Shown: one piece after another, positions 41,320 to 53,615 of the stretch
Layout of the letters: each line of letters begins with the position of its first letter
Numbering within the stretch: position 1 is the stretch's first letter
Assembly: GCA_052279835.1 (NCBI GenBank)
Contig: CP181291.1
Coordinates: 2,528,001-2,592,000 of the forward strand
Length of the DNA stretch: 64,000 nucleotides
DNA from: Microcoleus sp.
GTDB lineage: Bacteria; Cyanobacteriota; Cyanobacteriia; Cyanobacteriales; Microcoleaceae
Reading direction: 5' to 3'
Notes under the pieces: generated by a model
The model's database searches: none
What the model was told of the DNA's origin: nothing
The model's input: only the letters and a program-made list of their open reading frames with translations
Position numbers and translations under genes: made by a program

Positions 41320-42543
41320 CTATTTAGCTAAAGACACAGCTTGTGCTACTGCCCGATCCAAAGTGCTCGCTAGTTGGAGCGGCAACTGCCCCAAACGCTT
41401 TTTCACCCCATCTTCATCGATTCCCACCAACAGCAGCACCACCTGAATTTGGCGATTCGCACGGGCTTTTCGTTCCAGATAGCCTACCACTGCGGAGATT
41501 GTCGCCTCGCTGGCTGCGGTACTAGCCAAAATATTCACCAGCACCACCTTCACGCTTTTATCCTGAGAGACTAACTCCAGAGATAACTCCAAGCGATCGC
41601 GCAGGGTCTTTGTTCCATCGTAGCGGTCTAGGGAACCGAGATTCACAAAATTAGCTGGTTTGCCTCCTTCGTGAGTCACCGCATCCAAAGTCGCCATTGT
41701 CAAACCCACCCCGTTGCACAACACCCCAATATTCCCGTCTAGTTCCACCAAGTTCAAAGATTCAGAATTGGAGAATTGGGATTGAGAACTCCCGCCCAAT
41801 TCCAAGGGGGAGTGCAGCAAGTTCGAGTGGGCATTCCGGCGATCGGCCTGACGTCTCTTGTCTCCTGGGAGCTTGCTATCTGCTTTCTTTTCCCCCAGTG
41901 CCACCAAGTCGGGATGGCGTCCCAAGGCATCATTATTGGCACTGACTTTACCGTCTAGAGCCATTACCTCTCCCTTGGGACTGATGCCCAGAGGATTGAT
42001 TTCTACTAAATCTAAATCTTTGGCGACAAACAGCCGATACATTTTTTCGACAATCGTGCTGACTGATTGAATCAGATCTCCCTGCAATCCCATTTTCAGC
42101 ATCAATCGCCTCGCGTAGAAAGGCGAAAATTCTTGGTCTACAACAACTTGCTGCATTTTCTCGATCGACCCTTCCACATCCATACCTCCTTGTTGCGAGC
42201 CCAGAAGTACGGGGCGTCGCGCTACGGGATCTAGCAATACCGCCAAGTACAATTCTTGGTCGGCATTGTACTTTGCCTCTGCTAGCAGGACTTCGGGATA
42301 CTCCGATTCGATCGGCAAATTAAAAATTGTCTGAGCCGCAGCCACCGCATCGATCGTATTTTCCACAAACTTCACCCCACCGGCCTTACCCCGTCCCCCC
42401 GCCCGCACTTGGGACTTGAGTACGACTGGGTAGGGAATCTTCAGCCCTTTGAGGTCTGCCGGATTGTCAATCCGCTGGGAGGGCAGAACCGGAATTGCCA
42501 TCTGACGAAATAAAGCTTTAGCTTGGTACTCTAACAAATCCAT
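41320..42543 (-). CDS. sucC: Succinyl-CoA synthetase beta subunit
   Basis: MDLLEYQAK, KSQVRAGGRGKAGG, EINPL, NGVGLTMATLD. Confidence 0.92.
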   Translation of the reverse strand: MDLLEYQAKALFRQMAIPVLPSQRIDNPADLKGLKIPYPVVLKSQVRAGGRGKAGGVKFVENTIDAVAAAQTIFNLPIESEYPEVLLAEAKYNADQELYLAVLLDPVARRPVLLGSQQGGMDVEGSIEKMQQVVVDQEFSPFYARRLMLKMGLQGDLIQSVSTIVEKMYRLFVAKDLDLVEINPLGISPKGEVMALDGKVSANNDALGRHPDLVALGEKKADSKLPGDKRRQADRRNAHSNLLHSPLELGGSSQSQFSNSESLNLVELDGNIGVLCNGVGLTMATLDAVTHEGGKPANFVNLGSLDRYDGTKTLRDRLELSLELVSQDKSVKVVLVNILASTAASEATISAVVGYLERKARANRQIQVVLLLVGIDEDGVKKRLGQLPLQLASTLDRAVAQAVSLAK

Positions 42544-42844
42544 TATCAATAACTGGTGACTCGTAGTTGGCAACAAGCAATTGGTAATTTGCAATCTATC
42601 AATTAATCATAATTAATAGATAGTAATTGGTGTTTTGTCAAGTTAAAATTTAAAAATCTTGGCGATATTTATAATTTACGACTTTTGTATTACCGATTAC
42701 TTATTTGCTCTTACCCATCGCCTCTTGTGTATTTTTTTGATAAAAGACATTTTGTTTTAAAATTCTACCATCATTACTTATTAGTTAGTAGAATTCTAAT
42801 TCTTGATATTTTCCTTAATCCTGGCAAGTTCGGATATTCTTTTG

Positions 42845-44362
42845 CTAATTTAACTTGATGCCAGCAGTGCCTTGATGAACTGTTTTCACCCATTTTAACT
42901 GTTTAGGACGCACGGAAATCCTAGCTGTCACAGCACCTACCAGCAGCCAGTGAAGCATATATACAGTAGACAACAGGGTTTGCATCAAGGTGGCAAAAAC
43001 TCTTTTGAGGTCAAATTTGGTCTCTTGGCGAGTGCGACGCAAACCGACAAACATTCCCACCAGAGACAGGGTAATAGTCATGAAAGTTAGGGGACTGGCG
43101 ATCGGCATTCGGCGCAGTACGATCGACATCAAAAAGTCGGGCAGAGCTACTGTGGGCAACAAATACTGAGATACCCAAAATCCAAATAAATCCCAAGTTT
43201 TTCCCGTTCCCATGCGGTTACGAACAATGAGCTGCCAGTAGTCAAGATAGCGCTGATAGCCACCTTCTGCCCAGCGATTGCGCTGATGCCAAAGAGCCTG
43301 GGCGTTGGTGACTCCTTCTTCAGATACGGGGGGAACAGCCAAAAATTCAATATCCCACCGCTCTAAGTGCAGCCTGATTGTTAAATCCAAATCGTCGGTA
43401 ATCGTCTCCTCGTTCCAACCTCCGCAGCTTTCCAAGGCTGTGCGGCGCATAAATTGACCGTTACCGCGCAATTCTCCAATACCACCGATCGCAATCCGCT
43501 GTTGTTGGAAAAAACTGTCTAGCGCCATTTCTGCTTCTTGGCTGCGAGTCCAAAAATTTAGGGGAGCATTGGCGATCGATTTTCTGACTTGCACAGCTCC
43601 AACTTGGGCTCGATCGAACACCGGCAGTACCAAGCGCAGCAAGTCTGGTGTCACCGTCGCGTCCGCATCAAATACCCCCACAAATTCGCCACGAGTCAGG
43701 GGTAAAACTTGATTGAGGGCTCCTGATTTGCCACCACTGGCATTGGGTCCTCTCCTCCATACTTTAAGTTGCGGGTACTGTTTGGTTAGCTGTTCCAATA
43801 CCATAGGCGTACTGTCTGTGCTATTATCGTCGATCGCCCAAAGTTCATAGCGGTCGATCGGGTAATCCAAATTGCCAATCGACTGTACCAGTCTGGCAAT
43901 TACAGCTTCCTCATTTTTCGCCGCCACCAGCAACGACACGTAGGGCCAATCCTCTTGATTGGATTCTGAAAGAGGCGGCATTGTCGGCTTGGGTGAAGCA
44001 AACAAAAATCGAAATGCTTGCATCCACAGCAGTCCCGTCAATCCCCAGACTACCCAAGCACCCCAAGAAACCAAGTGCAAAGTAATCGTTCCGCCCCAAA
44101 TCACCGTCAGGACTATAGCAGCTTTCCTCCGGCGTCCCTGGTATAATTTTTGAGGAAAAGAGGGAGAATTAGGCAACTTAAGCGCTACCGTTGGATCTGT
44201 GGAAACCACGTCAAACTTCCTTTCACCACCGGAGGCTGTAGCAAATATCGTGCCAACCTTCGGGTTTGAGGTCAAACTCTCGTGTTCTTCAGGAGCTAAA
44301 TCAGGGATATCCAAGTTAAGCTCGCTGCGAACATCGTTTTCTTGCCAAGAACTCTCCTGCAT
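42845..44362 (-). CDS. mgdA: Monoglucosyldiacylglycerol synthase (GT2)
   Basis: RRRKAAIVL, VAAKNE, GGKSGALN, GELRGNGQ, TDDLD, QRNRW. Confidence 0.8.
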   Translation of the reverse strand: MQESSWQENDVRSELNLDIPDLAPEEHESLTSNPKVGTIFATASGGERKFDVVSTDPTVALKLPNSPSFPQKLYQGRRRKAAIVLTVIWGGTITLHLVSWGAWVVWGLTGLLWMQAFRFLFASPKPTMPPLSESNQEDWPYVSLLVAAKNEEAVIARLVQSIGNLDYPIDRYELWAIDDNSTDSTPMVLEQLTKQYPQLKVWRRGPNASGGKSGALNQVLPLTRGEFVGVFDADATVTPDLLRLVLPVFDRAQVGAVQVRKSIANAPLNFWTRSQEAEMALDSFFQQQRIAIGGIGELRGNGQFMRRTALESCGGWNEETITDDLDLTIRLHLERWDIEFLAVPPVSEEGVTNAQALWHQRNRWAEGGYQRYLDYWQLIVRNRMGTGKTWDLFGFWVSQYLLPTVALPDFLMSIVLRRMPIASPLTFMTITLSLVGMFVGLRRTRQETKFDLKRVFATLMQTLLSTVYMLHWLLVGAVTARISVRPKQLKWVKTVHQGTAGIKLN

Positions 44363-44579
44363 AGGTTACTTGATTCAATCACCAATAGTTTTGGATTTAA
44401 TAGACTTCTCCCAAAAAGCCTGTCAAGGACTGGCAGGATGCCTACCCCACAGGAATTATGAGAGATGCCTAGTAGAGATAAGTATCTACTCTATCAGTTT
44501 CTGGGATTTTGTCGAAAGCTGACGGAGAGAGCAACTCAGCCCCACTCTGCTGACACTGATGCTCTACCAATTTTTTTTC

Positions 44580-44662
44580 TAAGTAAATCCACCTAATTAA
44601 ACCTCAGATACGGATGGCTAAAAAGCTTGCTGAATGAGCATTTTTCCTTTTTCCTTCTGCCT
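44580..44662. mobile_element. Degenerate MITE-like family B copy
   Basis: Starts TAAGTAAATCCACCTAATTAAA; internal GGCTAAAAAGCTTGCT is the reverse complement of 34123-34138. Confidence 0.55.
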
Positions 44663-44691
44663 TGGACCCATCGATATTCTACTTAACAAAT

Positions 44692-45066
44692 ATGTCTATT
44701 CCTCAACTCAAGCCCGCTGATGAAAAAGAATCAAAAGTCTATGCACCTTTTTTTCCAGAGCAGAGGCGCAAGTCTTTACCCTACGCTATAGCTCTCTACA
44801 AGCTCAAAACCTTGGAAGGTGCCAGAAAAATTGAAGGTGGCGAGGAGATTCCGTTTGTAGCTAGTTGGAATATTTCATCACTGCCGATCGATTTAACCCG
44901 CTGTCGAGTGTTGTTTGACGGCAATGCTGAACTCAGCTACGAAGTAACGATGCAAAGCTCGGATTTTGTGAATTGCTTGATTGAGGTATTGATGATTTTT
45001 CAGCGCACTCGCACCGTCGATTTTTCTAAAGTCTTTTACCGCAAGCTAATGCGCATGGATGAGTGA
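44692..45066 (+). CDS. ebsA: Type IV pilus/secretion protein EbsA
   Basis: LEGARKIEGGEEIPFVASWNISSLPIDLTRCRVLFDGNAELSYEV. Confidence 0.85.
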   Translation: MSIPQLKPADEKESKVYAPFFPEQRRKSLPYAIALYKLKTLEGARKIEGGEEIPFVASWNISSLPIDLTRCRVLFDGNAELSYEVTMQSSDFVNCLIEVLMIFQRTRTVDFSKVFYRKLMRMDE

Positions 45067-45638
45067 TACAGCAGTAGGGACTAAGACAAAGCCTTAGTCC
45101 CTAACTGTATTTATTTTGGAACAGCGCTACACTCTATTTCTGACATGGGTCTGCCCCCGCTCGGCAATAGACATTTCCCCCACTACATCTCAACTTCGCT
45201 CCTAAGTATTAATTTTTGTAAAATCCCTCAGTGATATTACTGATGTAGTTTAGGATGAGAACTTAACTAATATTAGTTAATTTCTCAGACAACCCATAGA
45301 ATCATCAAATCTTTTTTCAGCAAGTAATTTTCAATAATATTCAGCTTGAAGGGATTTAAGATAAGTCCTGATTTTTGATTTTGGGCACTCTGAGACGCTT
45401 GAACGACCGCCATTGTGACGGTCTAATTCTCATGGTCAAAGTTGGGAGGGAAATGGCTCGAAGCCAAATTAAACGATCCTAATTCCTGATACCCACTATT
45501 CTCTAGCCACCCCTTAAGCAGCACAACGCCACACATCAGTTATTCTCATTACTCCTAAAATTAGTGAGCCAACAGGATAACTGGGAGCAAACGACAAATG
45601 CAGATTAAAACCCACAAATATTTGCAAAGAGGTAGATT

Positions 45639-48600
45639 ATGACTCTGATAACTAAAAATCTCAACCCTCCTGCTTTGACTGCCCAGCAACTTGCCGAATT
45701 TATCGTGGGAGATACAGGCACTGTCGTTCCTGGCAGTGCGAAATTTACGGGTGACAATCGGGCGGCTGGCACTTTCGGCGGTGGAATATCAGAAGGGATA
45801 AATGTCGAAGCAGGAGTGATTTTCAGCACAGGAGAGATCGCGAATGCTAATGGCCCTAATAATTCAGACAGCAAGAGTTCCAGCTTAGCGAGTGCTGGCG
45901 ATCCAGTGACTCTCGACCCCCTTGTTGCTCCTGACACGACAAAAAATGCTGCTGTTTTGGAGTTTGAATTCATAGCAAAGCAAAGTCAGTTTAGCTTGGA
46001 ATACGTGTTTGCTTCTGAAGAATACAATGAGTATGTCGGGAAGTTCAACGATGTCTTTGCCTTTGTCCTGAATGGGGTCAACATTCCATTGATTCCTGGG
46101 ACGACCCAACCAGTTTCCATCAACACTATTAATAACACCAAAAATTCAGCATTTTACATAGACAACGACCCCACTATCTATGGTTTGGGCAAAACTCCTT
46201 ATAACACGCAGTTTGACGGTTTTACCAAGTTGTTAACCGCTCAAGGAACGGTGATACCGAATATCACTAATAAACTGAAGATTGCGATCGCCGACACTCG
46301 CGATGATGCCTTGGACTCGGCAATTTTTTTGAACGTTCCGCCCAGCTTCAATTTCTCCCAACCCACCTATCAAGTCAAGGAAGATGGGAAAGTAATCGGG
46401 GCAGCAGTTACCATCAACCGCACAGGCATTACTAACGGCACTTCCAAGATCGACGTAAAATTAAGTAACGGCAGCGCCACAGGCGGGGCTACCTTGGGAT
46501 TAGGGGTAGATTTTGTGTTCACCACCCAAACCGTCAACTTTGCCCCCAATCAAACCAGTGCCGAAATTATCGTTCCCATCAACGATGACAGCTTAGTTGA
46601 ACCGACAGAAAATCTCACCCTGACCTTAACAAATCCCGCCAATGCCAGGATCGGCATCACCCAGAATACTGCCACCTTAAATATTACCGACAACGACACC
46701 ACAGGGATTACCATTACCTCAAGCGGTGGCAACACGGCTGTGACAGAAAGCGGCACCACAGACACCTACACAGCGGTACTCAACAGCCAGCCGGCTAGCT
46801 TAGTCATTCTTACTGTTAAACCCGACAAGCAGACAGACTTGGGGACTGGTGGGGGAAACCCGATCGCCCTCAACTTCAGCCCCGCTAACTGGAATGTCCC
46901 GCAAACCGTCACTGTCAAGGCAGTGGACGATGATATCACTGAAGCTAGTCCCCACACCAGCACGATTCTCCACACAGCCAGCAGTGCCGATCCCAACTAC
47001 GACGGCAGCACCCCACCCATCAGAATAGACGGTACTGCTATTGCTACCCTCACAGCTAACATCACAGACAACGACACTGCTGGCGTAAAAATTACCGAAA
47101 CTGGTGGCACAACCAAACTCGGCGAAGGCGGGGCTAGCGATAACTATACGGCGGTGTTAACCAGCCAGCCAACGGCGGATGTTACCGTCACCGCCTCCCC
47201 AGACAGCCAAAGCGATGTAGGGGCAGGAGGCGGAAACCCGATCGCCCTGAAATTTACTCCCGACAACTGGAACGTGCCTCAAATCGTCACTGTGCAAGCC
47301 GTGGACGATACTGTGGCTCAAGGCGCGCACACCAGTACGATCGCCCACAAAGTCACCAGTACAGACGCGAAATACAACCTGATTGCTACGGCCTCGGTGA
47401 TTGCCCAAATTACCGACAACGATACCGCCGGAGTCACAATTACTCCTCAAAACACCAATGCTACCGAAGGCGGGGCCACAGGCAGTTACAAGGTAGCGCT
47501 GACTAGCAAACCGACTGCGCCAGTTAAGGTCAACTTCAATACGGGCTTTCAAATCGATTCGATTTCCACATTTACCTTCACCTCAGACAACTGGAATCTA
47601 CCCCAGACAGTCACAGTGAAAGCTACCGACGACAGTTTAGTCGAAGGAACTCACAGCGCTAGCATCAGTCACAGCATTGACCCTAGCAGTGCTGCGGAAT
47701 ACAAGTCTGTGGCGATCGCGCCGGTTACAGTTTTGATCGTGGACAACGACACACCTACTGCTGCTGGAGTAAAAATCTCTCCTACAAGCACCACAGTGGC
47801 AGAAGGCGGTGTCAATGGCAGTTATACTGCGGTATTGACTTCCCAGCCCAAAAATGACGTTAAAGTTAGCTTCGCGACAGACAGTGAAATAGAAGCGATC
47901 GCACCCTTCACCTTCACTAGCGCTAACTGGAACCTGCCTCAAACTGCCACTGTGAAAGCTGTGGACGACTCGGCTGTGGAAGGAACGCAGCTTAGCACCA
48001 TCACTGCCAGCGCTAGCAGTACAGATCTGGCTTACAACAAGATCGGCATTCCCAAAGTAGATGTATTGGTCATCGACAACGACTCCCCCGGCATCGCCGT
48101 CACTCCTAACAGCACCAATGCAGCAGAAGGCGGTGCAACGGGCAGTTACAGCATTGTCCTCACCAAGGCGCCGACGGCTAATGTCACCGTCAATTTTGCC
48201 ACCGGCAGTCAAATAGATGCGATTGCCGCCATCACTTTCACTCCGGTTAACTGGAATGTGCCGCAAACTGTCACCGTGACAGCTACCGATGACACTGTTA
48301 TCGAAGGAGTTCACAGCGCCACAATCAGCCACAGCGTCGCCATAGGCAGTGCTGCCGAATACTTGCCAGTGGCGATCGCCCCCGTTAGCGTCAGCATCAC
48401 CGACAACGACACAGCTACTACTCCTGCTGGCGTCACTGTTACTCAAACAGGCGGCAGCACCATTGTTGCCGAAGGTGGTGCAACCGACACCTATCAAGTA
48501 GCGCTCAACAGCCAGCCCAAAAATGACGTTAAAGTTAACTTCGCCACAGACAGTCAAATAGAAGCGATCGCCTCCTTCACCTTCACTTCGGCTAACTGGA

Positions 48601-50517
48601 ACCTGCCTCAAACCGCCACAGTCAAAGCAGTGGACGACTCGGCTGTCGAAGGAACGCACCTGAGCACAATTATTTCCAGCGCTAGCAGTACAGATCTGGC
48701 TTACAACAAGATCGACATTTCCAAAGTCGATGTTTTGATTATCGATAACGACTCCCCCGGCATTGCCGTCACTCCCACCAGTACCAATGCCGCAGAAGGC
48801 GGTGCAACGGGCAGTTACAGCGTGATTCTCACCAAGGCGCCGACGGCTAATGTCACCGTCAACTTCGCCGCGGGCACTCAAATAGATGCGATCGCGCCTC
48901 TGGTTTTCACTCCGGCTAACTGGAATACAGCCCAAACTGTCACCGTCAAAGCTACCGACGACACCATCGTAGAAGGAACCCACACCGGGTTGATTTTTTC
49001 CAGCGTCGCCCCCGACAGCGCTGCTGAATACTTGCCAGTGGCGATCGCGCCCGTTAGCGTCACCATCGCCCACAATTATCGTGCCGCCGACACCGACACC
49101 AGTCATCAATTTTTCGCCCACAATTATCGTGCCGCCGACACCGACACCAGTCATCAATTTTTCGCCCACAATTATCGTGCCGCCGACACCGACACCAGCC
49201 ATCAACTTTTCGCCCACAATTATCGTGCCACCGACGCCGACACCCCCACCAACTCCTGCGCCGACGCCGACACCCCCACCAACTCCTGCGCCGACACCGA
49301 CTCCCCCACCAACTCCTGCCATAACTCCAATCTCGGAAACAACTCCGACCCTAACCCCGCAGCCAACCGAAGATCCCGATTGCATTTGCACGCAAATTAC
49401 CTTACCCGATATCAATCCTCTTGAGGGTTTCAATCCTGTTGACAACAACCTGGTTGGTGGAGATACAAGTGAGACGGTTACTGGCGGCAGTGGCGGTGAC
49501 GGTATCAACGGTTTGCCTGGAGACGATGTTCTTGTGGGTTTGGCTGGGAACGACAACCTCTTTGGCGGATTGATCAGCAACATTCCTGTTGGGCCTTCCG
49601 TTGATCGCGACTTGCTAGAAGGCGGGCCCGGTGACGACTACCTCAACGGTCAAGCAGGCTACGACACCCTTTTCGGCGGTGATGGCAACGACGCTGGTTT
49701 TGGTGGCAAAGATAACGACGCGATCTGGGGCGGACTCGGTGCTGACACCCTTGGGGGCGAGGATGGAAACGATACTGTTTACGGTGGCACGAACAGCCAA
49801 TCTGACCGCGATCTCGCCGGAAACGACTTGTTATTCGGTGGCACAGGAAATGACTTACTCTACGGTCAAGATGCCTCTGATAGTCTTTCTGGCGGTGAGG
49901 GAAACGATACTGCCCGTGCTGGCAAAGGGAACGATGTAATTTTAGGCGATGGTGGCAATGACTCGCTGTTGGGCGACCAAGGCAATGACTCTATCTGCGG
50001 TGGCGAGGGTGATGACACGGTGTATGGCGATATCGGCAGCCCCCTCCCTGTCGGGGTTGTTGGCAGTCAAGACCAAGTGTGTGGCGGGGAAGGCAATGAC
50101 CTGCTGTTCGGCAATGAAGGCAGCGATACTATCAACGGCGATGCTGGCAACGATACGATTTTGGGCGGCAAAGACAGTGACAGCTTGGTGGGCGGTGCTG
50201 GCAACGACGTGTTGATTGGCGATGAGGGCAGTGATACTTTGCTCGGTGGCAGCGGGCGCGATTTATTTTTCTTGACATCTGCCCAAGGATATGATCTCAT
50301 CGCCGACTTCAGGAAAGGGGAAGATTTGCTGAGTTTAGCCGGCGGTTTGACTTTCGCTCAACTAAGCATTAGCCAAAGTACAGACGGGCAAGATGCCAGT
50401 CCCACTACATTAATCAGAATTGCCAACTCAGGGGAACTCTTAGCCGTTTTGAATCGGGTGCCAGCAAGTGCGATCGCGCCATCGGATTTCGTTCAAATTT
50501 TGCAACTCGGTAGCTGA
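45639..50517 (+). pseudogene. Large secreted adhesin (choice-of-anchor L-like, Calx-beta/Ig-like repeats, Pro/Thr linker, RTX tail), frameshifted near 49080
   Basis: YVFASEEYNE domain and NWNVPQTVTV repeats in ORF 45639-49424; PT linker and GGxGxD repeats in overlapping ORF 49081-50517, +1 frame. Confidence 0.8.
49066..49320. repeat. 48-bp (about 3.5 copies) and 30-bp (3 copies) tandem repeats
   Basis: TCGCCCACAATTATCGTGCC at 49066, 49114, 49162, 49210. Confidence 0.9.
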
Positions 50518-51021
50518 GAGGACAACGCCTACGCCGCTGGCGATCGAAACTCAATGTACACCCCTGGAACTTCGATCGGGCAGGAGCATCGGAATCAGCC
50601 TTTTGGCGATCGAAATGCCAGCCCACTGCACCAGACAATTGATGTGTTGAGGCAATATCTACCAGCCCCCTCCTAAACAGTTTATTGCTGGCAGCACAAA
50701 ATATCAGTTTGAACGATCGCGCTCCCACTAACAATTAATCACTAATAATACATATCGGTTTAAAATTATAAATCGAGTATGATAATATTGCAAAATTGAG
50801 TCGCAGTGCCGAAATACTGTTGAAAAAACAAAATTTATTGAAATATAACGGTTCTCAAAGGAGTGAAGTTCAAAATAGATAGGTTGGATTGAGGTTCCCG
50901 TTACCCAATTCTTCATTTAAAATAAGGTGTTGGGTTTGGCGATCGCAAGAGTCTAACCTAATTCATCTATTTGAGAAACGCTATAGACAGGTGCAAATTG
51001 AGGAGTAAAGGCTTACCGAAA

Positions 51022-52086
51022 TTGACTAAATATTTACTGATAGGTTCCACTAAAGCTTACAGTGGCAAGTCCGCTATCGCCCTGGGCATAGCACTCGGAC
51101 TCCGCGAACAAGGATTCACCGTCGCCTACGGCAAACCCCTGGGAACTTCTTTTAACTCTGATGTACCTGGTGCCGAAGAGGAAGACGTGCGCTTCGCAAT
51201 CGAGACCCTGAAGCTCAAAGATACCCAAATGCCATCTACTCTGCTTGCTTTGGACGAAGAGACTGTTCACAAGCGACTACTAGGAGAAGATCGGACTGAT
51301 TACCGCCAGTCTCTAGCACAATATGTCCAATGCCAAAGTACAGATGTAGTGCTGCTAGAAGGTCCTGCTAATTTGGAGGAAGGCACTCTGTTTGACTTGT
51401 CTTTGCCTCAAGTAGCCGAGGCCGTTGATGCCTCTGTGCTGCTGGTGACACGCCCGATCGATCTGTTTGTAGACGATTTGCTTTCAGCTAAGCAACGTTT
51501 AGGTTCCCGTTTGCTAGGTGTCGTCCTCAACGACGTTCCGTCCGACAAACTCGAATCCATCGCCGCCACTGTGCGACCTTTTCTGGAAGCAAAAGGAATT
51601 CCTGTGTTGGGAATGCTACCCAGAAGCGCTTTGCTACGCAGTGTCAGCGTCAAAGAACTGGTTCACCAATTGAAAGCTGAGGTACTGTGTCGCCCAGACC
51701 GTTTGGATTTGATGGTCGAAACCTTGACAATTGGTGCAATGAATGTTAGTTCCGCTCTCAAGTATTTCCGCAAAGCCAGAAATATGGCAGTGGTGACAGG
51801 GGGCGATCGCACCGACATCCAGTTAGCCGCTCTGGAAAGCTCTACTCAGTGCTTAATTCTGACAGGACACTTGCCTCCTTCTCCCCTAGTCATCGGCAGA
51901 GCAGAAGAAATGGAAATTCCAGTGTTGTCTGTGGATTTAGATACCTTAACCACCGTGGAAATTATCGACAGCACCTTTGGCAACGTTCGCCTGCACGAGA
52001 CCATTAAAGTGGAATGCGTTACTCAACTAATGGCAGAGCATTTTGACATTAAGGCAGTGATGGCTTCCCTAGCCCTAGGTGATTAA
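51022..52086 (+). CDS. Phosphotransacetylase-family protein (BioD-like N-terminus, DRTGG domain)
   Basis: YSGKS, YGKPLG, LLEG, VTGGDRTDIQLAALE; start uncertain. Confidence 0.87.
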   Translation: MTKYLLIGSTKAYSGKSAIALGIALGLREQGFTVAYGKPLGTSFNSDVPGAEEEDVRFAIETLKLKDTQMPSTLLALDEETVHKRLLGEDRTDYRQSLAQYVQCQSTDVVLLEGPANLEEGTLFDLSLPQVAEAVDASVLLVTRPIDLFVDDLLSAKQRLGSRLLGVVLNDVPSDKLESIAATVRPFLEAKGIPVLGMLPRSALLRSVSVKELVHQLKAEVLCRPDRLDLMVETLTIGAMNVSSALKYFRKARNMAVVTGGDRTDIQLAALESSTQCLILTGHLPPSPLVIGRAEEMEIPVLSVDLDTLTTVEIIDSTFGNVRLHETIKVECVTQLMAEHFDIKAVMASLALGD

Positions 52087-52428
52087 ATTCCTATCTAAGG
52101 AAAAAATAAGTAGCCAGAAGGAAAAAGGAAGAATCAAAAATTGAGACTTCCTACTTCTGCTTATGATAGGTAAAATTCAGCCTTCTGCCGGCCGATACCA
52201 AAATTCTGGACTCAAGAAGTTTTTAATCGCCCAAACCATTGATTTTATGGCATTTGCCTTCTTCCTTTTGGCTTTTTGCTGGTTCCGGGTGGTATATTTG
52301 TGATGAGAGGATATATTCCTCTTCCAGTGCGATCGGGTAAATCTGTAATTCTTAACTTCTTTTTGGCTGCAATAGCTATTCCGTCTGCTAGAATCCACAA
52401 CGTAGTTTTATTTAATTTAATAAATTCT

Positions 52429-52932
52429 TTGAGTCAATCAATTGAGCTACCCAGAGTTGATGATTTTTTACAAGAACTTGCGGCAATCCAGCAAACAAGC
52501 TCCAAGCGGCTTGCTCTTTTGGGTTCTCGCCATGTTCCCATTACCCACCAGCAGCTAATTGAGATGCTGAGCTACGCCTTAGTTTTGTCTGGTAATCAGC
52601 TCATAACTTCTGGCGCTACAGGTACCAATTCAGCCGCGATTCGGGGGGCGATGCGAGCAGATCCCAATCTGCTGACCGTGATTTTGCCACAAAGCATGAG
52701 CCGCCAGCCACGAGAGTCTCGCGAGCAGCTAGAACAAGTGATACATTTGGTAGAAAATCCCAAAAATGACAGTTTGTCTCTCCCAGAAGCAAGCGCCCTG
52801 TGCAATCAGGAGATTATTTCTCGGTGTCAGCAACTGCTCTGTTTTGCTTTTCACGAAAGTCACACTTTGCTGAAAACTTGTCAGGATGCAGAGGAACAGC
52901 GCAAGGTCGTTACTCTATTCTATTTTGATTGA
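52429..52932 (+). CDS. DprA/SLOG-like DNA recombination-mediator family protein
   Basis: ALLGSRH, TSGATGTN, LTVILPQS, VVTLFYFD; TTG start inferred. Confidence 0.75.
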   Translation: MSQSIELPRVDDFLQELAAIQQTSSKRLALLGSRHVPITHQQLIEMLSYALVLSGNQLITSGATGTNSAAIRGAMRADPNLLTVILPQSMSRQPRESREQLEQVIHLVENPKNDSLSLPEASALCNQEIISRCQQLLCFAFHESHTLLKTCQDAEEQRKVVTLFYFD

Positions 52933-52947
52933 AATGCGAGGCGGATA

Positions 52948-53364
52948 ATGCTATTGGGATTACCTGTTTCGGTTATTCTGCTTGATTGTATTGTTGCTGC
53001 GGCCGCCCTGGTGTACGCCCCGTTTTTGGTGGTTGCCTACGCCCGCTTGCAGTTAGGCTACGATCAAGCAGCGCCCCGCGCTATGTTTGAGAAATTACCT
53101 GCTTACGCTCAACGGGCTACTTGGGCTCACCAAAATTCCTTTGAGACGTTTATGCTGTTTTCAGCGGCAGCTTTGATGGCTTTTGTGACGGGGGTAGATT
53201 CGGAGGTGGCTGGTTGGGCTGCGATCGCTTTTACGATCGCCCGGTTGTTGTTTTCCGTTTTCTATATCCTGAATGTACCACTGGGGCGATCGCTCATGTT
53301 TGCCATTAGTTCTTCTTGCACTGTCACTCTATTTTATTTCAGTTTGATGGCTGTTAATAACTAA
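52948..53364 (+). CDS. MAPEG-family membrane protein
   Basis: RATWAHQNSFE. Confidence 0.85.
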   Translation: MLLGLPVSVILLDCIVAAAALVYAPFLVVAYARLQLGYDQAAPRAMFEKLPAYAQRATWAHQNSFETFMLFSAAALMAFVTGVDSEVAGWAAIAFTIARLLFSVFYILNVPLGRSLMFAISSSCTVTLFYFSLMAVNN

Positions 53365-53608
53365 TTGTTATTGGTGATTGGTTATTGGTTATTGGTTGTT
53401 GGTGATTGGTGATTGGTTGTTGGTTGTTGGTTATTGGTTATTGGTTATTTGTATTAATTCCAATCGCCAATCTCCCAACTTCCTCCCCCCCTGGGGGGGT
53501 AAGCCAATTCCCCATTCCCAATCCCCAATCCCCAATTCCCCATTCCCAATCCCCAATTCCCAATCCCCAATTCCCAATTCCCAATTCCCAATTCCCAATC
53601 CCCAATTA
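53365..53608. repeat. STRR heptamer tracts (TTATTGG; CCCAATT/CCCAATC) around a GC palindrome
   Basis: Seen directly. Confidence 0.9.
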
Positions 53609-53615
53609 TCATTTT

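Noticed and set aside
45067..45638. Riboswitch or ncRNA in the long leader of the adhesin gene
   Set aside because: Only short palindromes are visible and no motif I can recognise; an Rfam scan would be needed
47637..49583. 648-aa minus-strand ORF
   Set aside because: Antisense shadow of the repetitive adhesin gene
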